Source of the DNA: Felis catus
Lineage: Eukaryota
Assembly: GCF_018350175.1 (NCBI RefSeq)
Contig: NC_058373.1
Coordinates: forward strand, 102,550,001 to 102,614,000
DNA: 64,000 nucleotides
Reading direction: 5' to 3'
In this document: piece after piece, positions 1-13,496 of the stretch
Layout: every line of letters starts with the position of its first letter
Numbering within the stretch: the stretch's first letter is position 1
The notes under the pieces: generated by a model
Told to the model about the DNA's origin: nothing
The model's input: only the letters and a program-made list of their open reading frames with translations
Databases searched by the model: none
Made by a program: the position numbers and the translations under genes

Positions 1-250
1 AAAAAAAATTCTGCCTCTGATTTGATGGACTTTTTCCCCCTTTTAGGTACATTTGAATGTGAAAGCTTTCTTAATAGGAGACAGTAAAGTATAGTAGATA
101 CAGCAAACACCCACTCACCCACCCATTCAACCTCCATCCCCACCCACCAAAATCAAGGTTCTTTTTATATTTGAGAAATGGAGGATATAGGTCCGACATT
201 CAAGATAACTATGTACTTCAGTTTTTCATAACACTTAAAAATCATACCTA

Positions 251-867
251 TGGGAATGCAAGCTGGTGCAACCACTCTGGAAAACAGTATGGAGGTTCCT
301 CAAAAAACTAAAAATAGAACTACCCTAGGGCCCAGCAATTGCGCTACTAGGTATTTATCCAAGGGATACAGGTATGCTGTTTCGAAAGGACACATGCACC
401 CCAATATTTATAGCAGCCCTATCAACAATAGCCAAAGTATGGAAAGAGCCCAAATGTCCAATGATGGATGAATGGATAAAGAAAGTGTGGTGTATATATA
501 TATATACAATAGAGTATTACTCGGCAATCAAAAAGAATGAAATCTTGCCATTTGCAACTACGTGGATGGAACTGGAGGGTATTATGCTAAGTGAAATTAG
601 TCAGAGAAAGACAAAAATCATATGACTTCACTCATATGAGGACTTTAAGAGACAAAAGAGATGAACCTAAGGGAAGAGAAACAAACATAATATAAAAACA
701 GGGATGGTGACAAAACAGAAGAGACTCATAAATATGGAGAACAAACAGGGTTACTGGAGGGGTTGTGGGAGGGGGGATGGGCTAAATGGATAAGGGGCAC
801 TAAGGAATCTGCTCCTGAAATCATTGTTGCACTATATGCTAACTAATTGGGATGTAAATTAAAAAAA
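251..867 (+). mobile_element. 5'-truncated carnivore LINE-1 3' end (ORF2 C-terminus + 3'UTR)
   Basis: ORF remnant [22 protein letters not shown]...MLSEISQ, poly(A), 14-bp TSD AAAAATCATACCTA (237-250 / 868-881) at a TT|AAAA site. Confidence 0.95.
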
Positions 868-1459
868 AAAAATCATACCTAAGAGGATTTTCCAGCCCCA
901 GCAAGTTTAGCATTCTGGCATCCCCTGAAGAGCAAAACACACCCGTTGCCCAGGAGGGAACAGACACTGACAGTGATCATTATTTTATATGATAGAATAA
1001 CATCAGTAGACACAAAAGAGCTTTGTGGAAATTAGCTAATACAATTTCTTTCATTTCCTATGTGGAAAATGAAGCCCAAGAAGCTGAAGTTCCCCTGAAT
1101 CATGAATAACAGCTATGGGTGAAGACCTCACGTATCCAGTGTCCCATCTAAAAGTCACCAAATAAACTTTGCCAGCAGTTGTAACTGGGTATTTCAATGA
1201 GGGGATTTGGTCAATCTAGTCAAATATTTCCTCACTGAAATACTGGTATCACAACTTTATGGGAACCCAAATTGGTCCTCTAGTCCTATTAATCTATTAT
1301 CAGACATCCCAATTTAAAACACCAGGCTCCAATTAGGTGACTGGCCTCTCAGTCTTTTCCTGCAGGAGAAAATGACCACCACTTTTGGGGATAAACACCG
1401 TTCCTGACCAGGGTGATGGAGGAGGAAATTCTGTGGCTGGCATAATGAAGAAAGGACTG

Positions 1460-1630
1460 GCACTGAAACCAAACTATACAAGCCCAAATACCAGCTTTAC
1501 CATTAACTAGATTTGAAATCACAGGCAAATTGTTTAACCTCAGAGTTTCCATTTCCTTACCTGTAAAATAAGGACAATAGCCTTCTCAGAGGGCAGCTGT
1601 AAGCATGACATGAGTGAATGTTGTAAGAAG
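1460..1630 (+). mobile_element. MIR
   Basis: ggcaaattgtttaacctc...tttccttacctgtaaaataagg core. Confidence 0.6.
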
Positions 1631-2409
1631 TCCTCTGCAAACCATATCATTTTATAAAATCTAAGCTATGTTTACGGTCCTAGGAGAATGTGCTTCAGGG
1701 TTAGGGACATTGGGATGGCTGGCTTGTCCAAGTACGCATAGTTTCTCATCTGGTTCTGTAAGAGCCAGTGGCACATAATTTGTCTGTCTCCTTTCCCCAG
1801 GGCTTATTCTGGCCATGGGTGAGGTGGTGGGGGGAGGGTATTATATTTGCTTCCCCGTCCAGTATGTGTAGCTGGTAGTCACCCGAACTTTATGAAATAT
1901 CTACCATCTGTAATAAGATTTAAAAGTTCATTCCTACCTCTTGGCCAGCCCAAATATCAATTTCCAATACTACTTAGATTTTCCAATTCTATTCCTACAT
2001 CAGGGAAAGTCTTACAATTTGTTAAAAATAGCATTCAACCCTTCAAAGTACACATTTTACAGTACATACTAACTTGCTATTGTTGGGGGATTCCTGGTAA
2101 CCACTGACAGGGATCGTGTTATCTCTCTGGCCTACCCACTAATAAGTCTTGCCATTTGTATGTTGCCCTCTGACCTCCTCATTTCCAAGAATTGCTTGAT
2201 TGAGAGTGACCCTACGTAACAAAAACCCAGCTTCTTAAGAAGTCCATTATGCTAGAGGGAAAGAGATACATGTGAGGCATTTTAGACCATAGACTAAAGC
2301 CTCTTTAGACTTCATATTCCTATCATCAGGGCAAGGCATCACAGCAAAATTCCAATCTTTCAATGCTAGGGGAAAAAAATAAGACTGGGCTTTCACCAAG
2401 GGAATAACA

Positions 2410-2620
2410 GCTAACATTTATACCACATTTACCATACACCAGGCACTGCTTTTCTGCCTCCTCGCATTTAGCAGGTATTTTCTATGGCCACCTGCCTTTA
2501 CATATGTGGAAATCAAGGTGGAGAACTTAAACTCACCCAAGGTCATACAGCCAATAAATGGTAAAGCCTGGGTTTGAATTAGACCATTGGTTTCCAGAGC
2601 CCAACCTCTTAGCCACCACA
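2410..2620 (-). mobile_element. MIR
   Basis: aactcacccaaggtcatacagc...gggtttgaa core. Confidence 0.6.
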
Positions 2621-3020
2621 CCTGCTGCCTCTCACCACTAAAAGTATTTCTCTTTCCTTCATCTGACAAGAAGGAAAAGGGAGAAGGTGCCCCCCAGACC
2701 CACACAGGTGTTTGCACAGACATCCAAAGAGCTGAGGGACAAAGCGAGTACCTGAAGGTGGTGGGCACTTCAGTTAATACATCTCATCCTCCCCGCTCCC
2801 CTTCACAAAAGTGATGATCTACATCTTGCAAGAATGGAGAAATTTAGCTTTGTTTGTTCTACATGCTGAATGCGTAACAAATTTTAAGGGAAGTGTATTG
2901 CATGGTCTTCAGTATAACGTGTGGACAATTCTTTATTTGTGTGATTTGAAACTTGTAGCAAATGTGTACATGCAAGTTTTGTTTGTTTTAATTGGGGTAA
3001 GTAGGAAAGCTGGTTTTAAT

Positions 3021-3241
3021 TTTGTTTTAATTTTTTTTAGTGTTTATTTATTTTTGAGACAGAGAGAGACAGAGCATGAACGGGGGAGGGGCAGAGAGAG
3101 AGGGAAACACAGAATCGGAAGCAGGTTCCAGGCTCTGAGCCATAAGCCCAGAGCCCGACGCGGGGCTCGAACTCACGGACCAAGAGATTGTGACCTGAGC
3201 TGAAGTCGGACGCTTAACCGACTGAGCCACCCAGGCGCCCC
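3021..3241 (-). mobile_element. SINEC_Fc-like Can-SINE
   Basis: tRNA-like head, (CT)n, A-rich tail. TSD AAGCTGGTTTTAAT. Confidence 0.95.
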
Positions 3242-4839
3242 AAGCTGGTTTTAATGAAAGATATTTAAAGAGATTTGTTTTTGTGTACTCTTAATAAAGA
3301 TTTAGCCTATTATAGTACTTGTCAATTGGCACTGTTAATAAGACTGATTAATAATTATATAAGCATGTACATGAAAGTATCTTCCAAAGGTCTTGAAAAG
3401 TTTGTCCCCTCTATATGTAGGGCATATGTAGGGCATATATAGTATGGCATATGTTTGCTCCAGTATTTATACTATTCAATTTACTTGGCAGACTTTCCCC
3501 CTTTCCTTCAGGATATACAGAAGTAAACTTTAAGTCAGTCACTAGGAGGTCTTCATTATTCTAGACTCTAAATTGGCAGCATCTGAGAAATTATAGCTTT
3601 GCTGTATTCAAAACGTTCTTGAATTCCAAACAGGCTTTCCTCACTTTGAAGACACATTAGTTGTTACAGTAAAACAAACTATAAAACTTTACTGAGAGTT
3701 CTAAAAGAAGACTTAAGAACAGAAATTCCATGTTTTGGGATGCTGAGTGATGACTTTATCATTTTTCCCCAAATTAATTCAGGTAATGCAAAAATCTCAA
3801 ATTTTTTTAGATGGGACAAGATTTTGTAAAATTCTAAAGCTTATTTGGAAGACTAAATATTCAAGAGGAGCTAAGAAGCAAACTGAGAGGGGAAATTGAC
3901 CCTAGCAGAAATAAAGACCACTAAAATTAAGGCACACTTATACCACAATAGTAATATATACAAAAGGATTATCACAGAATTCTGGAGCAAAGGCAAGACT
4001 AGAGAACAGACCCATATATAAAGGTCAAATGGAATGATCACAAATTAAGAATAAGTAGAGTAATATGCAGTGGTAAGATGGCTGGCTGGCTATGTGAGGG
4101 TGGGTCCTAATCACTTTGGCCCCTGCTATATAAATTTGGCATTCATCTTGGTACAGAAAAGTAAAATATGTAAAAAGTAAGACAAAATTAGACAAGAATA
4201 GCAAACGTCAGTAGAATGGTATGGAAAGAATCTCAACCATTTACCTCAAGAGTTTGAAAAACCCTTGTTTATGTAAAAAATAAGTCAACTGGAAAAAGCC
4301 GTAAGTATAAAACAAAGAGTAATTACTTTTAGTATTATGGCAAACTCATACAAAACCTTAGGGAAAAAATAATAAAACACTAGACAAAAAAGATTAAGTC
4401 ATGTACACAATGTCTACAAAAGACAAAATGCCATTTCTTGACTATCTTAGAAAAGTCATCAATTTCTGTTTCTGATTGCCAATGTAGTTAAAGCAATGAG
4501 ATCATTTTTACTTATAAAGTAAAAGTTTTTTATGCCATTTTTGCTTTGAATACTACTGAGGGTTGATACTTAAATCATTGCTGTTAAGAACATAGAATAT
4601 GAGAGAACTATATTGTGTATCCCTTTAAAAAACAATTTGATAATTTGTATTCAGAACCTTAAGAGTAGTCATATCCTTAAACAAAAGTTCCATTTCTGAG
4701 CATCCACACTAACAATATAATTCTCCACACATAAAAATAGCCAAAGTCTGTGCCATTATAAGCAGCAAACAAAGAAAGAACATTTAAATGCTTGGCAATG
4801 GAAAATAAGTTTGATATGATAAAGTGTGAGAACAGAAGT

Positions 4840-5148
4840 AGGAAACAGGCTGTTGGCCAAATCTAGTCCTGTTTTTGTATAGCATGTGAGCTAAAAATGG
4901 TTTTAAATTCAATGGCCTAAATGATTGGGGGCAAAAAAAATCAAATGAAGAAAAATATTACATGACACATGTAAATTATATGAATTATATTAAATTCACA
5001 TGTCAGAGCCCTTTCCTTTAGGTAATGCCTATAGCTACTTTCACACTATAATGGCAGAGTTCAGTTGTTGCAACAGAGACCCTATGGGCCACAAAGCTTA
5101 AAATATTTAGTATTTGGCCCTTTACAGAAAAAGGTTTAATGACCCCTC
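4840..5148. mobile_element. MER58-like hAT-Charlie relic
   Basis: ggccaaatct...cctgtttttgta...tttggccctttacagaaaaaggttt...gacccct. Confidence 0.7.
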
Positions 5149-5170
5149 TATTAGAACATTTGTAGCCGAA

Positions 5171-5385
5171 GAGCACCTGGGTGGCTCAGTTGGTTAAGCC
5201 ACTGACTTCAGCTCAGGCCATGATCTTGCGGTTCACGAGTTCAATCCCTGCATTGGGCTCTGTGCTGACAGCTCAGAGCCTGGAATCTGCTTCAGATTCT
5301 GTGTCTCTCTCTCTCTCTTTGCCCCTCCCCTGTTCACACCCTGTCATTCTCTCTCTCTCAAAACTAAACATTAAAAAAAAAAAAA
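5171..5385 (+). mobile_element. Can-SINE
   Basis: cctgggtggctcag head, (CT)n, poly(A). Confidence 0.9.
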
Positions 5386-5666
5386 GAATACTGTTCAACT
5401 CTTAAAAGTATTCTAAGAGGATGTTAAGGATGTTAAGATAAATATACATATAAAAAGAAAATAAAAACATGAAAAAAAGTTATATCATTTTGGATATTGA
5501 GACCAATGGGTGATGTTATAATCATTTCTACTTTTCTTTTTTTTCCCCCAGGTGTTCTACAATAGCAAGGCTTTATAATGGTGAACCAAGCTATTTAAGA
5601 GGAAAAGCAAAGCATACACACAGCTACTGAATTTTAGGAAAGTCAGAAAATAATCTTAGAACTCAC

Positions 5667-5761
5667 CTGTCAACACAACTTTTCCGGATACAAAGATAAG
5701 CAACACAATTCGTGGTTTTACCATTCTATAAATAAGGCCAGGAAAAAGTTCAGGTTCATAA
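5667..5761 (-). CDS. TBPL2: TBPL2 coding exon 6 ([31 protein letters not shown]); final exon not found in window
   Basis: Acceptor cttaacag|T, donor G|GTGAGT. 95 nt. TBP signature [13 protein letters not shown]. No GAK...FENIYP-type exon seen in 1-5666. Confidence 0.96.
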
Positions 5762-5867
5762 CTGTTAAGATATAAAAGGGAAAAATTAAAAATAGTACTA
5801 TTCAACCACTTTCCCATAATATTCAAGACCCAGAATATTGAAGCTATTTTACCAAGAACTTTTGGCC

Positions 5868-6080
5868 TTTTTTTTTTTTAATGTTTGTATTTATTTTTGA
5901 GACAGAGACAGAGTATGAGCAGGGGAGGGGCAGAGATAGAGGGAGACACAGAATCTGAAGCAGGCTCCAGGCTCTGAGCTGCCAGCACAGAGCCCGATGC
6001 GGGGCTCGAACTCACGGACTGTGAGATCATGACCTGAGCTGAGGTCGGACGCCCAACAGACTGAGCCACCCAGGCGCCCC
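5868..6080 (-). mobile_element. SINEC_Fc-like Can-SINE
   Basis: Canonical head and body, ~110 nt from the exon 6 acceptor. Confidence 0.93.
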
Positions 6081-6490
6081 ATTGGCCATCTTAATAGAAG
6101 TACTCTGGAGTGCCGCAGGCAATTTCTTACGGTAGAGTCAAGAGCAAAACTCATCTTTGGTCCTAAGATTTTTTTCAAAGTGCAGATCATCCTAAGCTAT
6201 TAGAAATTAAGATAAATTAGGGCATCAAATTTAATGTATTAAGATCTTCTTGGTTAAATGTTTTCCATCTTTCCAAAAAAAAAACCTATCAATAAAAATA
6301 CATAAACGTGTTTTCTAAGTTTTCCAAGTTTCTCAATAATGAGCACATTTTATACACATTTATAAACTGCTAAAGCTAACAATTTTAGCAGATAGAACCT
6401 AAAAAATTTTCTAGACCACTATCATTTGTCTCTGGAAAGGTACTGTAAAGAAAACTAAACTGTCCCAAGTGTTAAAAATTTAGGATTTGT

Positions 6491-6614
6491 GGGGCACCTG
6501 GCTGGCTGGGTTGGAAGGGCATGGGACTCTTGATCTCAGGGTCGTGAGTACAAACCCCACGTTGGGTGCAGAGATTACTTTAAAAAAAAAAAAAGAAAGA
6601 AAAACTTTAAAAAC
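6491..6614 (+). mobile_element. Short tRNA-derived Can-SINE lacking the (CT)n block
   Basis: ggggcacctggctggct head joined directly to an A tail. TSD TTTAGGATTTGT (6479-6490 / 6615-6626). Confidence 0.85.
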
Positions 6615-8204
6615 TTTAGGATTTGTTCCTATAAATGGTAACTCAGTTGTATTTACTACCAAATGTAGAAGGATGATAGGGCTAAGAACTGCTTCTCCAG
6701 GCTCCGGCAGAGAGAAGTAGAGGCTCCTAGAAAAGTCTTGAAGAGACTTCAAAAAAGAAGTCAAAAGTTAAGAGGAGGCTGAGGAAATAAAAGCAACAAC
6801 TAATGAAGAACAGATATAAGAAAAAGAAGAAATTTGACAAATGAAACACACACATAAATCTTTGCATTTAAAGGGTAAATCCAGACCACAGAGAAAAACT
6901 CCATTCCATTCTGCAATGAGTAAGACTCCTACAACAGCAGATGTGAAATCTCTTATTGGTACTAGAAAGATGCACTGCAGTGGTGAGACTACTTGCTGAA
7001 GTGTGTGGAGGCTGCTATGGGTGGACTTGTCTTCCTAGGACATCACTCTTCGGGCAGAGAGCCTGTTAAGACTTTATTCACTTACCACTTCTCAACACTG
7101 GGGAGACAACGATACTGGTGGGAACCCTGGAAAACTTGTATGGGAGCTATGAAGTTCTAGCCAAGAAAGTGAAAGCTAGGGGCACAGAAGAAATGTTTCC
7201 ATTTCCCCTTCCAACAGAATCTTAGCATTCTAGAAAGGAAACAAGAAAACCAAAGTCTTCAGTATATAAATGACGGCAAACTGCAATTGGCTTTCAGAAC
7301 CATAGTTTTAAGATACCAGCATAACGAACTTCCAGTAAGATATCTACTTCATTTTATTTATTCTCTGCCTCATTTCAAAGGAAGGTTAAGGCCAGGGGAA
7401 AAGAAAAGAGACTTGGTTAGAGACAGAATTTTATGAGGATAAAGAATAACTAACACTTGCCAATCTCTTAGCCAACCCAACTTCAACTCATCATTCAAGT
7501 GTTGGCTTCAGTGTTACCTCCCGTAAGAACTTTGACCTCCACATTCCCCCCACCCTGTGAAATATCCTGCTTAATGGTACCATAGCACTCCAAGGGGTGT
7601 TCACCCTCATAGTTACCATATTAACTTTAGCTTCTCTGTCTTCCCTTTAAGACAGTGAGCTCCATGAGGGCAAGGGACCATGGCTGTAATGACTGTCATG
7701 ATCACCATAGCATATGCTACACGGTAGCCTCCTAGATATTAGTCACTTAGTATTTGTTATCACGATATCTTTGATTTAGAAAGTAAAGGAAGGGAGAACA
7801 ATGTTCAGAGAAAACTGGAAATAACTATGGCATAGAAATGTTGACAGAGGAGGTGCCCAGTAACTAGGGGATACTTACGGTATCAGATGCTGATACACAA
7901 ATTTGTAGATCCAGGAGAATGAAAAGAACTTGAGGTTTTAACATGGGCAAACTTAACCTAATAATTACAACTGGTATACGCCATGGTTCCCTGACAGGGT
8001 TGCAGACAATTAAAGAGAGGTCTCATTTTAAAGATACAAACCTGTTGAAAAAGAAGTGTTTTCATGCCTCAATGCCCTCAGTCCACACATTGGAGCTATA
8101 ATCCATATCCTAAGGGTGGAGCCCAAGTGGCAAACTTTTGGAGGAGACAAGGATAAGACCAGAAATAGATAGTAGTGGGAATATAATGCAGGCTGTATGG
8201 CTAC

Positions 8205-8207
<3 letters not shown>

Positions 8208-8239
<32 letters not shown>
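8208..8239. repeat. Poly(A) run (~32 nt) with no recognisable retroelement body
   Basis: Read directly. Confidence 0.9.
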
Positions 8240-8241
<2 letters not shown>

Positions 8242-9611
8242 TGGATGAGATCCTAAAACTGCTTTGGAAGGAAGACAGAACAAGTAATGGACCCACTCCA
8301 AGTGGCTGAAATCAGTGCATAGGATGAGTTCTCATCTTCCCCTACTGGCAATTTTATCTTTCAGAAAGCACAAGTAGTGACAAGGGGTACTCCTACCCTA
8401 GACTTAAATCTGACCTACAAAGACGACAATGTTGGTGGAAAAGAAATAAAGTGAAATTTGGGAGAAATTGTACACGTCATTTTAGAGGCCTAAATGGCCA
8501 GAATGCAGAGTGGTAAGTCTAATACAGACATAGAATCCAGGCAGAGATCTTTCATCAGAAAAAGTTGGTTGAGAGACAAACCAGAGGCCCATGGTTGAGA
8601 ATCTGGAAGAAAAGATGCCTCATGTGTTAAGAGATTCTTAAAAACAAAGCTTTGCTATTAATCTACAACCCTTCCCAAGATTGAAGAATGAGAAAGGTAC
8701 CTAAAAAGGCAGTGTTTCCTGCATGGGGTGCTTCACAGTTGAACTCAATGGTAACATCATAGGTATCCAATAAGCATATGTTGAAAAAAATTAATGCAGA
8801 GGAAAAAAGAAAATACAGTCAAGGGGAAATAAACATAGCCTGAAGAATATCCTAAAAGCTAAATCTCAGAATGAACTGAGATTTTTGAAAAACAGGAAAA
8901 AACAAAGCAATTTTTAACGGCTGTTCAGACCATGTCTGAAAAAGAAAGCTAACAAATGTCAGAGACAGCACAGCTATAGGATCCCTATTCACTCTGTAAA
9001 TGGGAATGATCACTCGCAGGTGAAGCATCTGTGATTCTAAGCAGCTCACAGGGCCTTGGCCAGGTATATATGCCCCAGGGCAGGGGGCTTTTTGGTGCTG
9101 ACCAGTCAGCCTCCATCACTGCTGAGGGCCTGAACAGGCTGGGAGAAGCACCAATGCAACTGAGGAAAGCAGGCCTGGTACGTTTGCTGTTGAGCTGGGA
9201 AGTTACATTTGAAGAAGCAGTCTAGAGATACTCCCAGGACTCCACTAACGAACAAATTGTAGGGTGGGAGCCATAGCTACACACATGTAAAACCCCCTCA
9301 AACTCAATAGGACAAAAACTAGGTAGGACTGCCTTCATAGAATGTGCTAGGCCATTCTTTTTCCATCTTCTCTCTGACCCTTTCTCCCCTGCCAGTCATC
9401 AGCCCCTTCCATCCTGCCTACCCATCTCATACTGCTTCTTTACCGGCCATTGCCACCACCCCTGCCAAGCTGGGTGTGCCTGTTTCAAAAATCTGCACAC
9501 TAGGGGGTCTCAAGCCTCTGGCAAGCAGTACTGACATCACCTGTGAGCCTGTTGGAACTGCAGATACAGGCAAAAATCAATGATGATGCAGCCTAGGCAG
9601 GAAAGTGCTTT

Positions 9612-9829
9612 TTTTTTTTTTTAATGTTTTTATTTATTTTTGAGAGAGAGAGAGACAGAGCATGAACAGGGGAGGGTCAGAGAGAGAGAGGGAGACACAG
9701 AATCCGAAACAGGCTCTGGGCTCCAAGCCATCAGCACAGAGCCCGATGCGGGGCTCGAACCCACGGACTGCGAGATCATGACCTGGGCTGAAGTCGGACG
9801 CTCAACCGACTGAGCCACCCAGGCTCCCC
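9612..9829 (-). mobile_element. SINEC_Fc-like Can-SINE
   Basis: TSD AGGAAAGTGCTTT. Confidence 0.94.
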
Positions 9830-10091
9830 AGGAAAGTGCTTTAATAAGCTGTTCAGGTGATTACTATGCAATTTAATTTTGAGACCCACTATTTCAGAAG
9901 ATTGAACACATACAGTAACCAGTAAAGACTCAAGCACAGCATCTTAATCCTTTTACCTACAGTCTTAAAAAAAAACAACAACAACAAAAAAAAGCACAAC
10001 ACTTTCTCTGAAAGATACACTATGTAAGCAGCCTGCCTGTAATACAACTTCAATACCTCGGGAAACTCAGAAAGTTTTATAACCGTCATAC

Positions 10092-10259
10092 CTACTGAAC
10101 TGCTGATGGGTTAACACCAAACCTTCCAGCCTGATGGGAAATCTCACATCACAGCTTCCAACCATGTTCTGTATTTTAAAATCGAGGAATCTGGCCGGGA
10201 ACCCAAGCTTCTGCACCACACGAGCATACTTCCTCGCAGCAAGTCGAGACTGCTCTTCA
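10092..10259 (-). CDS. TBPL2: TBPL2 coding exon 5 ([55 protein letters not shown])
   Basis: Acceptor ctccccag|T, donor AG|GTATG. 168 nt. TBP basic linker and repeat 2, with the TBPL2-type residues ARFLD and DVRFP. Confidence 0.97.
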
Positions 10260-10516
10260 CTGGGGAGGGGCAAATGTATTTAAAGAGGTCTTAATCACTA
10301 TGTCCCCTCTACTGCTTGGGCTGTGTTCACACACTTCCCTGATTGTATCTTTAGCATCTGTACCATGTTGGTCTTTCAATGTATACTACACACATATAGA
10401 TGCTGAGGACAAGGACCAACCTCCCCTACTTTTGTCCCTAGCACCCAGTAAAAACCAAATCAGAAACACATTTCCGTCTTCATTTGTCATCTTACACATA
10501 TAGGGTATTTCTCTCC

Positions 10517-10741
10517 TTTTTTAAATTATTTTTTTAATCTTTATTTATTTTTGAGAGAGAGAGAGAGAGACAGAGCATGAGCAGGGGAGGAGCACAGACA
10601 GAGGGAGACACAGAATCTGAAGCAGGCTCCAGGCTCTGAGCGGTGAACACAGAGCCCAACGCAGGGCTCGAACCCAGGGACTGCGAGATCATGACCTGAA
10701 CTGAAGTGGGACACTTAACAATTGAGCCACCCAGGTGCCCC
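10517..10741 (-). mobile_element. Can-SINE
   Basis: Canonical head, body and tail. Confidence 0.92.
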
Positions 10742-10791
10742 TATTTTTCTCTTCTAATTGTTTTAAATGCTAGAAGATAAAATTAACTATT

Positions 10792-10960
10792 CCACTGGTT
10801 TCAGAGTGTGTCCTCAGACCTGTAGCAGAATCAGCACCTGAGAACTTGTTAGAAATGCAAAGCCCCAGGTCCCAGCCTCAAGCACTCTGGGGTTGGGGCC
10901 CAGCAGTCTGTGTTTTAACAAGCCCTCCAGATTCTAATGCTCAGTCAAGTTTGAGAACCA
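10792..10960. mobile_element. MER5A-like hAT-Charlie relic
   Basis: atcagcacctgagaacttgttagaaatgcaaa...tgttttaacaagccctccag...agtttgagaacca. Confidence 0.8.
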
Positions 10961-12496
10961 TCCATCTGATCTAAAGGTTTGTGTCACGTAGATGGGAACA
11001 ACAGCAACAAAAATTCGGACACGTGTATACAAAAAGAAAAAAAAAACCAACATGAAGTAAGAGGTACGCCAATTGGGTAGCAAAGACAAGATATCAGGAC
11101 CAGGTTCTTTATGGGACAAATTATATATAACTTTTTTTGTTTGTTTTTGTTTTTGTTTTTGTTTTTTTAGCACAAAAATACCTCAAAACCTAACAAAATT
11201 TGCTCAGGCTTTCTCACAGAATTATCACTCAACTCACACCCCATATGAGAAAGGAAGAAATTTATTCCACTTTGTGGCCATATTCTTCTAAGCGTTTGTC
11301 CTGCTCCAGCCTGAAATCCAGGTCAGAGAATGTCAAATCTTGAGAAGTGAGGCTTTATTGTTCATTATGTGCTTTTCATTGGTCATTGGCAAAACAAAAC
11401 AAGGAGTCTCAGCAGGGGTTGCCAAACAGAATGGAAACCTGGTGGGTGAACCATGTGAACTCCACCCTCATCTTTATGTTGAAAATCAGAAGCACCTGGA
11501 AGAGCCAGATTGAACATTTGGACCAAAGGAAGCACTCCATTCTCTTTCCTATCCAGAGCCTTCACAACACTGCCCCTCTTAAGTGTATTAATTACATCAC
11601 ATATTTCACTTCACATTTCTCCTCACCCACTTCTAACTCCTGAGATGTCCCTGCCAAGGCCATGCCTCCAAGTTAGCAAGGAAATAAATACAGTCTCAAT
11701 TTCGAAAACATACATTTGCCTAACTGGCTATATTGCTGATGTTTCCCATAGTGCTGATGTTTATAAGGTCAAAATTTAAGAGTTTGGGGAGCCCTGTAGT
11801 TTTGTTGGCAATCAGCTGTCAATAGGACATAGAAATTCCCAAACAACTTACGGTTAAAATCTACATACATGTTCTTATACAAACATTAGAAAATAGAGTA
11901 AGAACCAGTGGTGGTGACACTGATTAAATTGTCAGTGATAACCACTGATTAAATTTGATGTTTGTGTACTTTCCCTGTGCAAACACAGGTAACCTTCACT
12001 AGCAAACTCCAATTATTACAACTAAAGAGAAGAGGTTTGGATAAATTTTTGGAGATAATTCTGATAGCTCTTAGACTAACCAAAATTTCACAAATCTCTG
12101 TTCAAGACTCAAGAACCAAATAGATTTGGGGAAAAAGTATCTCATTATCTGAACTCACTATCTGAATTTTCACCATTAGATTTTGGCAACCAAATAAATT
12201 CAGATAGGGAAAGATACTCATGAAAGTGTGTGTAATATAAGCATACTTTAAAGTGAAAGTTGGATAATAAACTTACAATTTAGTTTCCTGTTCCCCTACA
12301 GCGTAACACAATGTGACATCCTTCCAACTCAAAATGTGTATGTTTTAATAGCTAAATACAATTTAATGATCTAATCAAAGATCTATTATCAGGTATTTGT
12401 TCTCCCCCACCCCCCATTTTAAACAATGCTGAAATGAACATCCTTGCAGATACCTTGCAGAGTCGTCCAATAAGGACCTAAAAAGGGGAGATTTAT

Positions 12497-12702
12497 GGGG
12501 GTGCCTGGCTGGCTCAGTTGGTTAAGTGTCCAACTTTGGTTCAGGTCATGAATTCACAATTCATGGGTTTGAGCCCTGTGTCGGGCTCTGTGCTGACAGC
12601 TCAGAGCCTGGAGACTGCTGCAGATTCCGAGTCTCCCTCCTGCTCTGTTCCTCCCCCACTCACACTCTCTCTTCCAAAAATAAATAAAGATTAAAAAAAA
12701 AT
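12497..12702 (+). mobile_element. Can-SINE
   Basis: Canonical head, body and tail. Confidence 0.9.
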
Positions 12703-12839
12703 TTTTTTTTAATGGGAGACTTCTAGGTCCAAGAATACATGGATCAACAGAAGAGACAGCCCAGAAATTTACCCAGATATATATAAAGAACATGTAAAAA
12801 CAGGTAGGGGAAAATATGGATTAAGAATAGATTTGTCAC

Positions 12840-13496
12840 ATAGATACAAAAATCCTCAACAAAATATTAGCATACCATATATAACAGTGCATTAATCAGA
12901 TCATGCATGATGATCAAATGGGATTAATTCTGGGGATGTAAGAAGCATTCAATATTCACAAATCAATCAACGTGACACATGACATCAACAAAATGAAGGA
13001 TAAAAATCATATGATCATCTCAACAGATGCTGAAAAAACCAGTGACGAAATTCAACATCCATTTTTGATAAAAAACACTCTCAACGAAGTGGGTTTAGGG
13101 GACCATACCTCAACCTAATAAAGGCCACATATGAAAAACCCACAGCTAACATCATACTCAGTGGTGAAAAACTGAGAGCTTTCCCACGAAGATCAGGAAC
13201 AAGCCAAGGATGTCCATTCTTACCACTTTAATTCAACATAATACTGAAAGTCCTAAACAAAGCAATCAGACAAGAAATAAGAGGTATTCATACTAGTAAA
13301 GAAGCCAACTGTCATCATGTGCAGATGACATGATACTATATATAATATCCACCAAACAACTACTAGAAGTAATCAATGAATTCAGTAAAGTAGCAGGATA
13401 CAAAATTAACACCAAGAAATCGGTAGCGTATCTATACACTAATAAAAAAAGTAGAAGGAGAAATTAAGAAAACAACTCCACTTAAAACTGCACCAA
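12840..13496 (+). mobile_element. Older carnivore L1, left part (degenerate ORF2 RT region), host of the nested L1
   Basis: Homologous to L1 ORF2 (aaaatcctcaacaaaatattagca...gcagatgacatgatactata) with indels. Continues colinearly at 18443. Confidence 0.92.

Noticed and set aside
30..100. Plus-strand acceptor-like TTTTTCCCCCTTTTAG|G
   Set aside because: A single motif with stops shortly downstream and no recognisable peptide. It cannot support an exon without RNA data.
6491..6580. Possible tRNA gene
   Set aside because: The tRNA-like head runs into a poly(A) tail with a TSD, so it is a SINE or retrocopy rather than a tRNA gene.
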